The translations under genes were made by a program, and so were the position numbers. The notes beneath the pieces were generated by a model. That model was not told the DNA's origin. It saw nothing but the letters and a program-made list of their open reading frames with translations, and did not search any database. A stretch of DNA of 32,364 nt from Thermoplasmatota archaeon. GTDB taxonomy: Archaea; Thermoplasmatota; Penumbrarchaeia; Penumbrarchaeales; Penumbrarchaeaceae. Positions 1-9,498 of the stretch are shown here, piece by piece (positions within the stretch are counted from its first letter, which is position 1; each line of letters begins with the position of its first letter). The DNA lies in the NCBI GenBank assembly GCA_965234725.1, contig CBDDUX010000082.1, positions 1-32,364 of the forward strand, in the 5' to 3' direction.

Positions 1-106
1 CGTTGGTACCGTGGGTCCTGTCCATCAGGGCAATCGTGGTAAAAGCTGCAAAGAACAAAATTGCAGCCATAGCAACTATGATCCTTTCTTTGAATTTTCT
101 GTTCAT
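1..106 (-). CDS. 5' end of a secreted or membrane protein (runs off the window)
   Basis: ATG at 106 preceded by GGAG; reads MNRKFKERIIVAMAAILFFAAFTTIALMDRTHGTN, a basic N-terminus plus hydrophobic stretch; open to the window edge. Confidence 0.65.
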   Translation of the reverse strand, partial: MNRKFKERIIVAMAAILFFAAFTTIALMDRTHGTN

Positions 107-310
107 CCGGACAACTCCATCCTTATGATCACAATACAATGTGATCCCATATTTCAAGAGAGCATTATTGCACTCAGGTGCCGCTCAATTTGCGGGTCAT
201 ATAAAAAACCTTTCTCCCCCATTATCATAATGGGAAGTGTGGACAATAATAACAATCTTATTTTGAACACCCTGAATATTTGATGTTCATTTCCCGATTG
301 TCCAGAATCC

Positions 311-553
311 CTATGTTTGCAATATCAGATAGATCTTCCTCACCACAATTGCAGCGAAAATGAAAAGGAAGGTATAAATGAAGAAATTGACCCTGTCTTT
401 GAGCGGACCTGAGGTGTACATGTCCGTTAACTCCCTCAGGACAAGGATGCCGAGAAGCATCAGAACGAAAAATACCTCCAGTGTGGAGACAAAAATGAGG
501 CAAATGACCATCCAAAGGCCGAGCATAAGTACGAGTCTTGCCTCGGGCCTCAT
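311..553 (-). CDS. small three-TM membrane protein (80 aa)
   Basis: Hydrophobic ORF; ATG at 553 forms an ATGA overlap with the upstream stop and has GGAGG at 562-566 (ORF track starts at 568). Confidence 0.75.
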   Translation of the reverse strand: MRPEARLVLMLGLWMVICLIFVSTLEVFFVLMLLGILVLRELTDMYTSGPLKDRVNFFIYTFLFIFAAIVVRKIYLILQT

Positions 554-1347
554 TTGTGCTTCCTCCATAGTTTGTATTCCACACTATCCCCGATCCTCTT
601 CACATCCTCGATCCTCAGTGGAGCTGATACGATCCTTGTTGCTGCACATAGAACTGCCGAGCAAGCAGGACAACCCACCTGGGAATGGAGCATCGGATAT
701 TCCTTCCAGATGGTATCACAAACCTCTGAAGCGGCATCATGGATTATCTTCAATTCTATGGATTCTTTCCTGTCATGCATCTCAATTTTTTTGAACATTC
801 CCGTACCTTTGGAAAGCTTCTCGAGTGCCTCTGTACCATCCCTTACAAGGTCATCTCGGAAGAGCGTTCCGTTGAGTTCCTCTACCTTGTCCACGAATCC
901 CTTACCAGGGGGGATTATCGACATTCCCATGGAAGGACCTGTTGAACCAACGTTGAATACCGTCCCATCTGACAGGTCAGGAAGTGGAAGGTCATGTTTT
1001 TCGAGGGGGAGATAAACGCGGTCCTCCTTCAACCTCCCCGTAGGTGGAAGCAATACACCCTTTCCATGAAGGTTCATCGCTTCTACCATACGACCGAGGT
1101 CCCTTCCCTGGGTAAGCATGAATGATGAGGATACTTCCCTGGGAACCGTTCTGAAGGAGAACAGGAAAAGGATGAGGAGACCCATCAGAAGAACGCCGAA
1201 TCCACCTCTAAGGGCAAGATCGGACAACCTGCTTCCAGGTATAAGGTCCCAGGAGTGGATGATCTCTCCCGAAAAGAGGATAAGCAGTAATCCAGCAAGG
1301 GCAATGGGAAGCCCGCCAAACCTCATGCCCGCCTCCTTGATATCCAT
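550..1347 (-). CDS. conserved archaeal membrane protein, two N-terminal TM helices and C-terminal C..GCPxCS motif
   Basis: 265-aa ORF; resembles proteins that accompany archaeal MoxR/DUF4350 clusters; divergent from the 1421 operon. Confidence 0.7.
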   Translation of the reverse strand: MDIKEAGMRFGGLPIALAGLLLILFSGEIIHSWDLIPGSRLSDLALRGGFGVLLMGLLILFLFSFRTVPREVSSSFMLTQGRDLGRMVEAMNLHGKGVLLPPTGRLKEDRVYLPLEKHDLPLPDLSDGTVFNVGSTGPSMGMSIIPPGKGFVDKVEELNGTLFRDDLVRDGTEALEKLSKGTGMFKKIEMHDRKESIELKIIHDAASEVCDTIWKEYPMLHSQVGCPACSAVLCAATRIVSAPLRIEDVKRIGDSVEYKLWRKHK

Positions 1348-1420
1348 TACCCAACCATGGATTTGAAATAGATAAACATGTCGAAACCTTTATCCGCTAA
1401 GCTTCTCTATTCCATTTTCG

Positions 1421-4400
1421 ATGGGCAGGTTCAAGGTCCTTGCGGTATTGATCACGATTCTGTTCATATCTCAATTGGTATCCGCAGAGGTCCATCACGA
1501 GAACTATGACGAGGCAGGAACTGACCTCCTGGCCCTCATTTACTATCTTCAATCCTCGTTCGAGGTACTGAATAGAACACTTACAAGTGTCATCTCCCTG
1601 GACCTGGAAACTTCAATTGAGACGAGTGATGAATTTACATCGATGGTTGAAAATGCCAAAATAACTCTGTCACACATTCCCCCGGAAGTTGATTCCTATC
1701 CACCCTTGAACCTAAGTGTTGAACTTCTCGGTTCCATTGACTACCATCTATCAAGCCTGGTCATGGGTCTTAAGGAAAATCTGGATGCTATCTCCGACCT
1801 AGAAACTTACTCATTCAACCTCTGGACCATTCCCTCGATCAGAGAGAACCTTACCATGGCAGACTCCGCCCTTGTCTTCTTCGAAGAGGGCCTGGTTTCA
1901 ATGAAAAGTGGCAGGTCCAGTTTGAAGGACGATCTCGAGACATTTCTATCTTTTGATTGGACCCGAATCGACAAGGACCTGAAAGAAGTGGACCTTGGTA
2001 TAGGATCAAAATTGACCATGGTACAGGAAATCATTGGTACAATAGATAACCTTGATGAGAACCGGTCCTCCGTCCAGGAGGTACTAAAGGAACTGATGAT
2101 AACCCCCATCAAGGATTGGGACCGGAGCCTCAAAGACCTGCTTGAGGAGAGGAACCCTGATGGTTCATTGACAAGGGACAATGACATCATCTCAGCTTCG
2201 GATCGGGACCTCTCCAACGAGATGACCTCGATCCTCGAGGAAAGGATGATCTCACTTGGTGAGGCTGAAAACTCCACTTTCGATCTCCGGGAACGACAGG
2301 TGATCTTCCTGGAACATATCTCGGTCCTTGAAAAGGACCCAGGATCATCTCCCGCAGAGAGGATCGCAGGATTCGAGATCTGTCTTGATTCCCTTGATGG
2401 AATGAGGAAGGAGGTTGGGATCTCCAGGGATATCCTGATGGATCTCAACGAATATGATAATGGGACCATCTCCCAGGACCTGGACGACCTTGAGGACCTG
2501 ATCAAAGTATATGCGGCCAGGCTGGACAGGATCGAGATATGGGTTCCTGACCTTCAGTCCATTATCGATGATATGGAGATGATCCTCTGGATGAACGTTA
2601 TCAAGGCCGACAGGGACGAGAACGGATCACTGGATAACGGAGAGGTCGATCTCCTTGTTCTGGATGAAGAAGTGTTCCTTCAAATATCGAATATTTGGGA
2701 CATACTGGAGGATGCAAGGTCAGAACTAACCTTCCTGCCGGCAGAATATTTCCCTGAGGTATCCAGTGTGATCCCCATGGTCGAGGACTGTCTCTTCAGG
2801 ATTGAAGGATTCACAACATCCCACAGGGACCTGATAGTGTCCATGAAGATCATCTCAGATGGAACTACAAGGGGTCTGTTGGAACTTCAGATGGAGCTTT
2901 TCGAAGCCCTTGCATCCCTGTCCAGATTGAACAACTATCTCACTGGTACAATTGCACTTTCGGGGACACTGGTCACCCAAGGACTTGTACTCGAGACCGA
3001 CTGGGAGGGGCCCCTCAAGGACCTTATTTCACTTTATCAGGACTATCTACTGACCAAGAGGGAACTCATTGACGGCCCTATCATTTACCTTTCCTTGGAT
3101 AGGAACACCGTTCCCTATGACACTTCAATGGGTTACAGTGTAATAGCGGTCGATGTGGATCCCATTACCGGGGCCTACCTTCCGGAAGGAAGGGAGGTCC
3201 TACTCTATCTGGATGGAGAGGGTTACAGGACCCTTCAACTGGATCACGGGTCCTCAAGCGGAAGGATCGAGATAGAGAGGACCTTTTCCTTGGGCCATCA
3301 TGACCTGAATGCCACGATGCTGTCCGGATCCGGATCATTTGTATGGTCAGAGGCATCCTTCAGTGTCAGAAAGCTCTTGACAAATGTCATAGCGGACCCC
3401 TCTGTAACCATGATCGATCACAAAAAAAAAGGAGAGATACATTTCGAGGTGAAAGATGAACTCTTCAGGGTCCTGGAAACGAACATCAGCATCGAAAATG
3501 GGGATCTGGAGATCGATACGCCTTCTGATCAGACACTTGGTCCTTATCCTTTGGGCATCAATATTCTAACAGCTTCATTTCTCGGATCGGAGATCTTTGA
3601 GGGATCCTCAACGGATTTCAGGATCGATGTCATCCAGGACCCCAAGATCACGATCTTTTCTGACAGGACACTCTATGGTAAGAACGACACCATAAACATC
3701 TCGATCTCTCAACAAAGGGGAAATGGTTCCATAAGTGTTCATTTCGATGCGGTATCGTTCGAACTTGGAAAGATGGCCCAGGAGGAGGATCATTCATTCC
3801 TTCTGGACCCCTCGGCCCTTGGCAACGGGACTTTCATGGTCAAGGCCAGATTCACTTCCCTGGAACCCTGGACAAAGGACGGCTGGTCGAATGCGATCTA
3901 CATCATAATAGATCTCTCCATCGATAGTGTGGATGAGATCCCTGGTGACGATGATGATACACCGGCAGATGATGATATTCCCATCGATGATGATGACATT
4001 CCCATCGATGATGAAGGTGATGATCCATTCTGGGACCCTCCCGGGCCGGTCGGACCTATCAGAAAGGATATCCTCCAATGGCTCCTTTTCGTTCTCCTCA
4101 TAGCCACAATACTGATAGTGAGCTCTTACTTTATTTTGAAAAGAAAAAGGGGAAGGACGGAGAAGACCACAAAAAGGGACCATTTCAGGCTTCCATCCAT
4201 CTATACCGGACTGCCAACAAGGGCGCTCCAAGCCCCCATACCATCCGATCAAGAGGTCAAACCGGTTGTGGCTAGATCGATCAGGACCATCGACATGGAA
4301 AGGGAGAAGCTCATTCGTTATTACCTGGAAATGATCGAATCCTCCCCCGAACAGATCGGCATCTCAAGATCAATGACACCAAGGGAGGTGTCTGTGAAGC

Positions 4401-4606
4401 TCATGGACAGCGGACTCGATCCCGACCTTTCACAGAGGATAGCAAAGGATTTCGAATGGTCCATCTACAAACTTGGAAGACCCGATACCGATACTCTGGA
4501 GAGGTTCAATGGGGACAAGGGCAAGGTCAAGGGTTGGTTCTCCTCACTTCTGAGAAGGATCGGGATAGGTAATGAAGACCCACCCGAGGATGGGAGGGAT
4601 CCTTGA
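1421..4606 (+). CDS. large membrane-anchored protein: signal peptide, helical region, Ig-like beta region, acidic linker, TM, C-terminal DUF4129-like domain
   Basis: 1061-aa ORF; TM WLLFVLLIATILIVSSYFIL followed by KRKR; C-terminal SMTPRE...FEWSIY pattern typical of DUF4129; first gene of the MoxR operon. Confidence 0.75.
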   Translation: MGRFKVLAVLITILFISQLVSAEVHHENYDEAGTDLLALIYYLQSSFEVLNRTLTSVISLDLETSIETSDEFTSMVENAKITLSHIPPEVDSYPPLNLSVELLGSIDYHLSSLVMGLKENLDAISDLETYSFNLWTIPSIRENLTMADSALVFFEEGLVSMKSGRSSLKDDLETFLSFDWTRIDKDLKEVDLGIGSKLTMVQEIIGTIDNLDENRSSVQEVLKELMITPIKDWDRSLKDLLEERNPDGSLTRDNDIISASDRDLSNEMTSILEERMISLGEAENSTFDLRERQVIFLEHISVLEKDPGSSPAERIAGFEICLDSLDGMRKEVGISRDILMDLNEYDNGTISQDLDDLEDLIKVYAARLDRIEIWVPDLQSIIDDMEMILWMNVIKADRDENGSLDNGEVDLLVLDEEVFLQISNIWDILEDARSELTFLPAEYFPEVSSVIPMVEDCLFRIEGFTTSHRDLIVSMKIISDGTTRGLLELQMELFEALASLSRLNNYLTGTIALSGTLVTQGLVLETDWEGPLKDLISLYQDYLLTKRELIDGPIIYLSLDRNTVPYDTSMGYSVIAVDVDPITGAYLPEGREVLLYLDGEGYRTLQLDHGSSSGRIEIERTFSLGHHDLNATMLSGSGSFVWSEASFSVRKLLTNVIADPSVTMIDHKKKGEIHFEVKDELFRVLETNISIENGDLEIDTPSDQTLGPYPLGINILTASFLGSEIFEGSSTDFRIDVIQDPKITIFSDRTLYGKNDTINISISQQRGNGSISVHFDAVSFELGKMAQEEDHSFLLDPSALGNGTFMVKARFTSLEPWTKDGWSNAIYIIIDLSIDSVDEIPGDDDDTPADDDIPIDDDDIPIDDEGDDPFWDPPGPVGPIRKDILQWLLFVLLIATILIVSSYFILKRKRGRTEKTTKRDHFRLPSIYTGLPTRALQAPIPSDQEVKPVVARSIRTIDMEREKLIRYYLEMIESSPEQIGISRSMTPREVSVKLMDSGLDPDLSQRIAKDFEWSIYKLGRPDTDTLERFNGDKGKVKGWFSSLLRRIGIGNEDPPEDGRDP

Positions 4607-5721
4607 TGATCGAGGAGATCAAGACAGCTTATCGGTTCCTGATAGTGATGGGGATCGGGGCTCTTTTCTTCCTGTTCTCCGTCATAGTGCCTGTACTATC
4701 ATCCAATGCGGACTTCTCCATATACAACAGTTCCTGGAACGGTTGCTCCAGCCTTGGAAGGGAAGCTTACGGGACCGGCTCCTTTCTCCCTACGATAGAT
4801 ATTTCCTCTTCAAGCGAGGAAAGGGTGGTTCACTCCTCCTTCTCGGACCTTGGTTCACAGGTTGACCCAAAAGGGACTGCCATAATGATCATTGGTCCTG
4901 AACTGGACTTTGATGGTGACGAGGGAGACTTCGCTCACGATTTCCTGATGAAAGGAGGTATTCTCTTCCTCGCGGATGATGTGGGTTCGGGAAATCAGCT
5001 ATTGGGATATCTGGACACTAACACCAGGATATCCGGGGAAATCATGATCGATCTCTCCTTCATGAAGAAGGCGGAGTTCGCGGTGACGAACGACCTCACA
5101 CCCCATAATATCACAGAGGGTGTAGGGACCATTCTTATGAACTTCCCCTCCACAATATCACCTTCAAAGGAAGCGAAGACCCTGATCAACTCCTCCGGGG
5201 CATCATGGCTGGACAAGACGAGGAACCAGAAGAGGGACATCGATGAACCGCTTGGACCATTCAGTATTCTCACCATTGAAGACTACGGAAAAGGTACACT
5301 GATCGTTCTCTCCGAACCGAGTCTCCTGATCAATCAGATGAGGGATGAGTTCGACAACAGTATCCTGATCTCCAATCTCATAGATTTCATAACGAAGGAT
5401 AGAGATTCACTTGTGATCGATGAATCACACAGGGACCTCACCAATCCGGTCCAGGTTGCCAATATATTCGTTGGCAGGCTCAACATCCAGGAAAAGATGG
5501 GGGTTCTCATCGGTCTATCCCTTGTCTTTATTATATTATCCACACCCTATCCCAAGAGGTTATGGAAGAGGTTGGAAATGCTTTTGAACAAGCTACTCTC
5601 TGAGGAAGAGAAGACCAAGCCCCATCCATCCGAAATATTGGATACGGTCATGACCAGGCACCCGGATTGGGACAGATCGGTACTTGAGAGATTCATCAAT
5701 GAGATAGGTGGAACGAGATGA
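4606..5721 (+). CDS. DUF4350 domain membrane protein
   Basis: FSIYNSSWNGCS, GGILFLADD.GSGNQLL, EPSLLINQM and IDESH motifs; TGATG overlap with the upstream stop (alternative TTG start 4603). Confidence 0.8.
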   Translation: MIEEIKTAYRFLIVMGIGALFFLFSVIVPVLSSNADFSIYNSSWNGCSSLGREAYGTGSFLPTIDISSSSEERVVHSSFSDLGSQVDPKGTAIMIIGPELDFDGDEGDFAHDFLMKGGILFLADDVGSGNQLLGYLDTNTRISGEIMIDLSFMKKAEFAVTNDLTPHNITEGVGTILMNFPSTISPSKEAKTLINSSGASWLDKTRNQKRDIDEPLGPFSILTIEDYGKGTLIVLSEPSLLINQMRDEFDNSILISNLIDFITKDRDSLVIDESHRDLTNPVQVANIFVGRLNIQEKMGVLIGLSLVFIILSTPYPKRLWKRLEMLLNKLLSEEEKTKPHPSEILDTVMTRHPDWDRSVLERFINEIGGTR

Positions 5722-6656
5722 CCAGATCAGCACAGATATTCAACAAGGTTAAGGAGGGGACCTCCAAGGTGATCATAGGGTATGAGGATATCATAGAGGA
5801 TTTCCTCATCTGCCTGGCCGCGGGAGGACATATACTCCTGGAGGGGGTTCCAGGCGTTGCAAAGACCACCCTGGCCAAGACAATGTCACAACTGGTAGGT
5901 CTCCACTTCAAAAGGATACAGTTCACCCAGGACCTACTTCCATCGGACATCACAGGACACTATTTCTTCAACCAGAAGAAGCAGGAGTTCGAGTTCCGTT
6001 CAGGTCCCATCTTCGCAAATGTAGTCCTCGCTGATGAGATCAACAGGGCTCCTTCAAAGACACAATCGGCACTTCTAGAGGCAATGGAAGAGAAGCAGGT
6101 CACTGTTGAAGGGACCACCTTTAAACTTCACGAACCGTTCCTGGTCATAGCCACCATCAACCCCGTTGAACTGGAAGGGGTTTACACCCTTCCGGAGGCC
6201 CAGCTCGACAGGTTCATGATCAAAGGAAAGATGGACTATCTCAATAAGGATGATGAGTTGAAGTTCCTGAACCTCAAGAACAAGGAATGGAAAGGGGCCG
6301 ATATCACCGTCGTCAACGAAGAGGTCTTCTCGGTCCTGAGGAAGGAGGTCCTGGAATGCAGGGCTGATCCGTCCATTGTCAGGTATATCAGGGATATCAT
6401 CTCAGAGACCAGGACCGATGATAAGGTCGTTCTGGGAGCCTCTCCTCGAGCAGGCGAGCAGGTCCTTTACGCTTCGAAGGCCACCGCAACTCTCTCCGGA
6501 AGGGATTATGTGATACCCGATGATGTGAAAAGAGTAGTGGGCAAGATGCTTCCACACAGATTGTCCCTATCCCTTGACAGCGAACTGGAAGGGATATCGC
6601 CGGAACTTGTGATCGAGAAGATACTTGAAAGGGTCGAGGTCGTCCAGAGGGGATGA
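5718..6656 (+). CDS. moxR: MoxR-family AAA+ ATPase
   Basis: Walker A GVPGVAKT, RIQFTQDLLPSD, Walker B LADEINRA, LPEAQLDRF, GASPR. Confidence 0.95.
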   Translation: MTRSAQIFNKVKEGTSKVIIGYEDIIEDFLICLAAGGHILLEGVPGVAKTTLAKTMSQLVGLHFKRIQFTQDLLPSDITGHYFFNQKKQEFEFRSGPIFANVVLADEINRAPSKTQSALLEAMEEKQVTVEGTTFKLHEPFLVIATINPVELEGVYTLPEAQLDRFMIKGKMDYLNKDDELKFLNLKNKEWKGADITVVNEEVFSVLRKEVLECRADPSIVRYIRDIISETRTDDKVVLGASPRAGEQVLYASKATATLSGRDYVIPDDVKRVVGKMLPHRLSLSLDSELEGISPELVIEKILERVEVVQRG

Positions 6657-6669
6657 TGGGGTGAAAAAT

Positions 6670-8028
6670 ATGGGATCATCACCTTTTTTGGCATATGACA
6701 TCAGGGGAAAGATCGGAGAACAGCTGACCGAGGAAATGGCATATGATATCGGTCTCGCCTTTGCTGAACTGTTCACACCCAAGAAGATCGTTGTCGGGAG
6801 AGATATCAGACCCTCCTCTCCAATAATGTCCGAGAAGGTAATGGATGGTCTGAACGATGCCGGTGTCGATGTAGTTGACATTGGTCTTTGTGGAACCGAG
6901 GTCGTCTATTTTGCCACACCCCACCTGGATGCTGACGGCGGGATCATGGTTACGGCATCCCATAATCCAAAAGGCTACAATGGTATGAAGCTGGTCTCAA
7001 GGGGATCCGTTCCCATCTCCAAGGATAACGGTCTGCACACCATCAGGGACATGGTGGAAAAGGGCGGGTTGAAGGGATCCTCTTCCAAAGGCAGCAGGAA
7101 GGAGGCCGATATCTGGACTGCATATACGGAGAAGGTCCTTTCATTCATGAAGGACAGGGGCTCTCTCGAGGGTTTGAAGGTGGTGACCGATCCGGGACAC
7201 GGATGTGCGGGTCCTGCCCTTGACCTGATATCTGAACCGCTTGGATTGGACCTGATAAGGATGCACCATGAACCAGACGGAACCTTTCCCGCAGGGATAC
7301 CGAATCCCATTCTTCCGGAGATGAGAGGGCCTGTTTCGGATAAAGTAAGGTCCTGTGGAGCTGATGCAGGGATAGCCTGGGACGGGGATTTCGATCGATG
7401 TTTCCTCTTCGACGAGGAGGGGACCTTCACCGAGGGATATTACATAGTCGGGCTCCTGGCCAGAAAGATGCTTCAACTCCACCCGGGTTCCAAGATAGTT
7501 CACGACCCCAGATTGATCTGGAATACAGTGGAGATCGTGAAGGAATTCGGAGGAATACCTCTCCTGAACAAGACCGGGCATGCTTTCATCAAGGACAGGA
7601 TGAGAGCAGAGGATGCGGTTTACGGTGGAGAGATGTCCGCACATCACTACTTCAGGGATTTCCACTACTGTGATACCGGAATGGTCCCATGGTTGGTCGT
7701 TCTGGAACTGATGGCAGAGGAGAACAAGAAGCTCTCCGAACTTATCGGTGAGAGGATGAAAAGATTCCCTGTATCCGGCGAGATCAACAGGAGGGTCCAA
7801 GACCAGCACCGGGTCATCTCGATGGTGGAAGAGACCTTTTCTCGAGGGGCCCTATCCATGGACCATACGGATGGAGTCTCCATCGAGCACCGGGATTGGA
7901 GGATGAACCTGAGATCTTCCAACACGGAACCGTTGATCAGGCTCAACCTTGAAACAAGAGGTGATCCTGACCTCCTTAAGGAGAGGACAGATACTGTCCT
8001 TCAATTCATAGATGACCTGGAGAGGTGA
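6670..8028 (+). CDS. manB: phosphomannomutase/phosphoglucomutase (CpsG/ManB type)
   Basis: AYDIRG, catalytic TASHNP, metal loop DGDFDR, sugar loop GEMSAHHYF, RSSNTEP; ATG 6670 follows GGGGTGA. Confidence 0.93.
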   Translation: MGSSPFLAYDIRGKIGEQLTEEMAYDIGLAFAELFTPKKIVVGRDIRPSSPIMSEKVMDGLNDAGVDVVDIGLCGTEVVYFATPHLDADGGIMVTASHNPKGYNGMKLVSRGSVPISKDNGLHTIRDMVEKGGLKGSSSKGSRKEADIWTAYTEKVLSFMKDRGSLEGLKVVTDPGHGCAGPALDLISEPLGLDLIRMHHEPDGTFPAGIPNPILPEMRGPVSDKVRSCGADAGIAWDGDFDRCFLFDEEGTFTEGYYIVGLLARKMLQLHPGSKIVHDPRLIWNTVEIVKEFGGIPLLNKTGHAFIKDRMRAEDAVYGGEMSAHHYFRDFHYCDTGMVPWLVVLELMAEENKKLSELIGERMKRFPVSGEINRRVQDQHRVISMVEETFSRGALSMDHTDGVSIEHRDWRMNLRSSNTEPLIRLNLETRGDPDLLKERTDTVLQFIDDLER

Positions 8029-8855
8029 TCCTCCTGGATGGGTTCAGACTTCTCAATGATGGATATTGTTCCCCTGCCGAGAACATGGCAAGGGACGAGA
8101 CACTTCTGAGAAGGGTGATCGCAGGCGAATCACCACCTTGTGTCAGATTCTACATGTGGGATCCTCCCGGTCTTTCAATCGGCCGTTTCCAGAAGATCGG
8201 ACATGGAGTGGACCTGGAGGCCTGCAGGTCCCATGGTGTTGAAATGGTAAGGAGGCTGACAGGAGGAGAGGCTGTCCTCCATGATGACGAGATCACCTAC
8301 TCGATGATCGTTCCCTTTACCCATCCCAGATTCGATGGCAGAGGTGTAATAGACACCTACAAGACGATATCCAGAGCACTGGTCAAGGGGTTGGAGCTGT
8401 CAGGAGTGGAATCCACAATGGCCGGAAATGCTCCCACAAGACCTGACCCCGCAGGTCAGGGTGTATGCTTCTACACTCCTACGGTGAACGAGATAGTCGC
8501 CAGTTGCAAGAAGATCATAGGATCTGCCCAGACAAGGGAGAAGCTTGTGATACTTCAGCATGGTTCGATACCCATCGATTTCGATCTGGACAAGCAGTTC
8601 GATGTGATGGGCATCCCAAAAGAGAACCGTGAAATGTTCAAGAACCTCTTCAAGAACAGGGCCACCACGATATCGGAACAACTGGGAGGAAAGAGACCGG
8701 ATCCCGCCGAACTGGCCAGGAATTTTTCAAAAGGCTTCGAGGAGGTCTTCGATACGGAATTGGTCAGGTCAGAATATTCCCTTCCCGAGAAGAAAATGAC
8801 AGAGCACCTAATCAGGACAAAATATGGAAACGACAATTGGAACCTGAAGATCTGA
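8025..8855 (+). CDS. lipoate-protein ligase A / octanoyltransferase (LipM-like) family, catalytic domain only
   Basis: NMARDE, RRLTGGEAVLH, KIIGSAQ, LQHGSI motifs; GTGA overlap with manB. Confidence 0.88.
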   Translation: MILLDGFRLLNDGYCSPAENMARDETLLRRVIAGESPPCVRFYMWDPPGLSIGRFQKIGHGVDLEACRSHGVEMVRRLTGGEAVLHDDEITYSMIVPFTHPRFDGRGVIDTYKTISRALVKGLELSGVESTMAGNAPTRPDPAGQGVCFYTPTVNEIVASCKKIIGSAQTREKLVILQHGSIPIDFDLDKQFDVMGIPKENREMFKNLFKNRATTISEQLGGKRPDPAELARNFSKGFEEVFDTELVRSEYSLPEKKMTEHLIRTKYGNDNWNLKI

Positions 8856-8856
8856 T

Positions 8857-9243
8857 CTATATCGGGACCACATCAGAATTCCCCGAGAAATCATTATCTT
8901 TTGTAAGAAGCATTTCTGAATACATTCTGGCTGTGGCAAGAATGATCCCGTCCGTTAACGAGAATTTGTTCCTTCCTTTCATCCTTGAATGATGCTTCCA
9001 TCTGGAAGCCTCCCCCATCATTTTCTCATCCATGGGAAGGACCTCGCATATTGACCGGATGTGGCTCAATACCGTCTTTGGATCGATTCCGTTCCTGTAG
9101 GACCAATCCGAGATCTCTCCGATCTGTATCATGGAAATGAAGAGGTCCTCATCCTGGATCTTGTCCAAGATATTATTGAACTGTTCCGAATCCTCATCAT
9201 GGAGGAATATTTCTATAAGGACCGATGTGTCCAGAATCATCAA
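8857..9243 (-). CDS. vapC: VapC PIN-domain toxin
   Basis: ILDTSVLI, GEI, SLTDGIILATA, LLTKDNDF acidic PIN residues. Confidence 0.9.
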   Translation of the reverse strand: MMILDTSVLIEIFLHDEDSEQFNNILDKIQDEDLFISMIQIGEISDWSYRNGIDPKTVLSHIRSICEVLPMDEKMMGEASRWKHHSRMKGRNKFSLTDGIILATARMYSEMLLTKDNDFSGNSDVVPI

Positions 9244-9461
9244 TACCGGTCCTCCTTCTCCCTCTGGAAAGGTCTTCTATTCAGGTATATACCTGCAAGG
9301 GACCTCAGGACCTCATTTCTATGTGTCAGGTCCTTTTCCGGGATCTTGATAGTCACCACCTCATCAAGGTCTAAGTCCATATCCTCGATGATCTCTCTTG
9401 GTATGATGACTCCCTTTGAATTTCCCAGCTTCCTGATCTTGGCCTGGAATACCTTTGCCAT
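9240..9461 (-). CDS. vapB: AbrB/MazE/SpoVT-type antitoxin (VapB)
   Basis: KIRKLGNSKGVIIPREI swapped-hairpin motif; overlaps the toxin start. Confidence 0.88.
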   Translation of the reverse strand: MAKVFQAKIRKLGNSKGVIIPREIIEDMDLDLDEVVTIKIPEKDLTHRNEVLRSLAGIYLNRRPFQREKEDRY

Positions 9462-9472
9462 GAGATCATATT

Positions 9473-9492
9473 ACGTTATAACGTTATAACGT
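9473..9492. promoter_or_regulatory. perfect 20-bp palindrome over the vapBC TATA region (probable autorepression operator)
   Basis: ACGTTATAACGTTATAACGT is its own reverse complement, 12-31 bp upstream of the antitoxin ATG. Confidence 0.7.
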
Positions 9493-9498
9493 TTTCTC

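Noticed and set aside
3422..3430. A9 run as a phase-variation tract
   Set aside because: In frame (KKK) in an intact gene; no evidence of slippage from a single sequence
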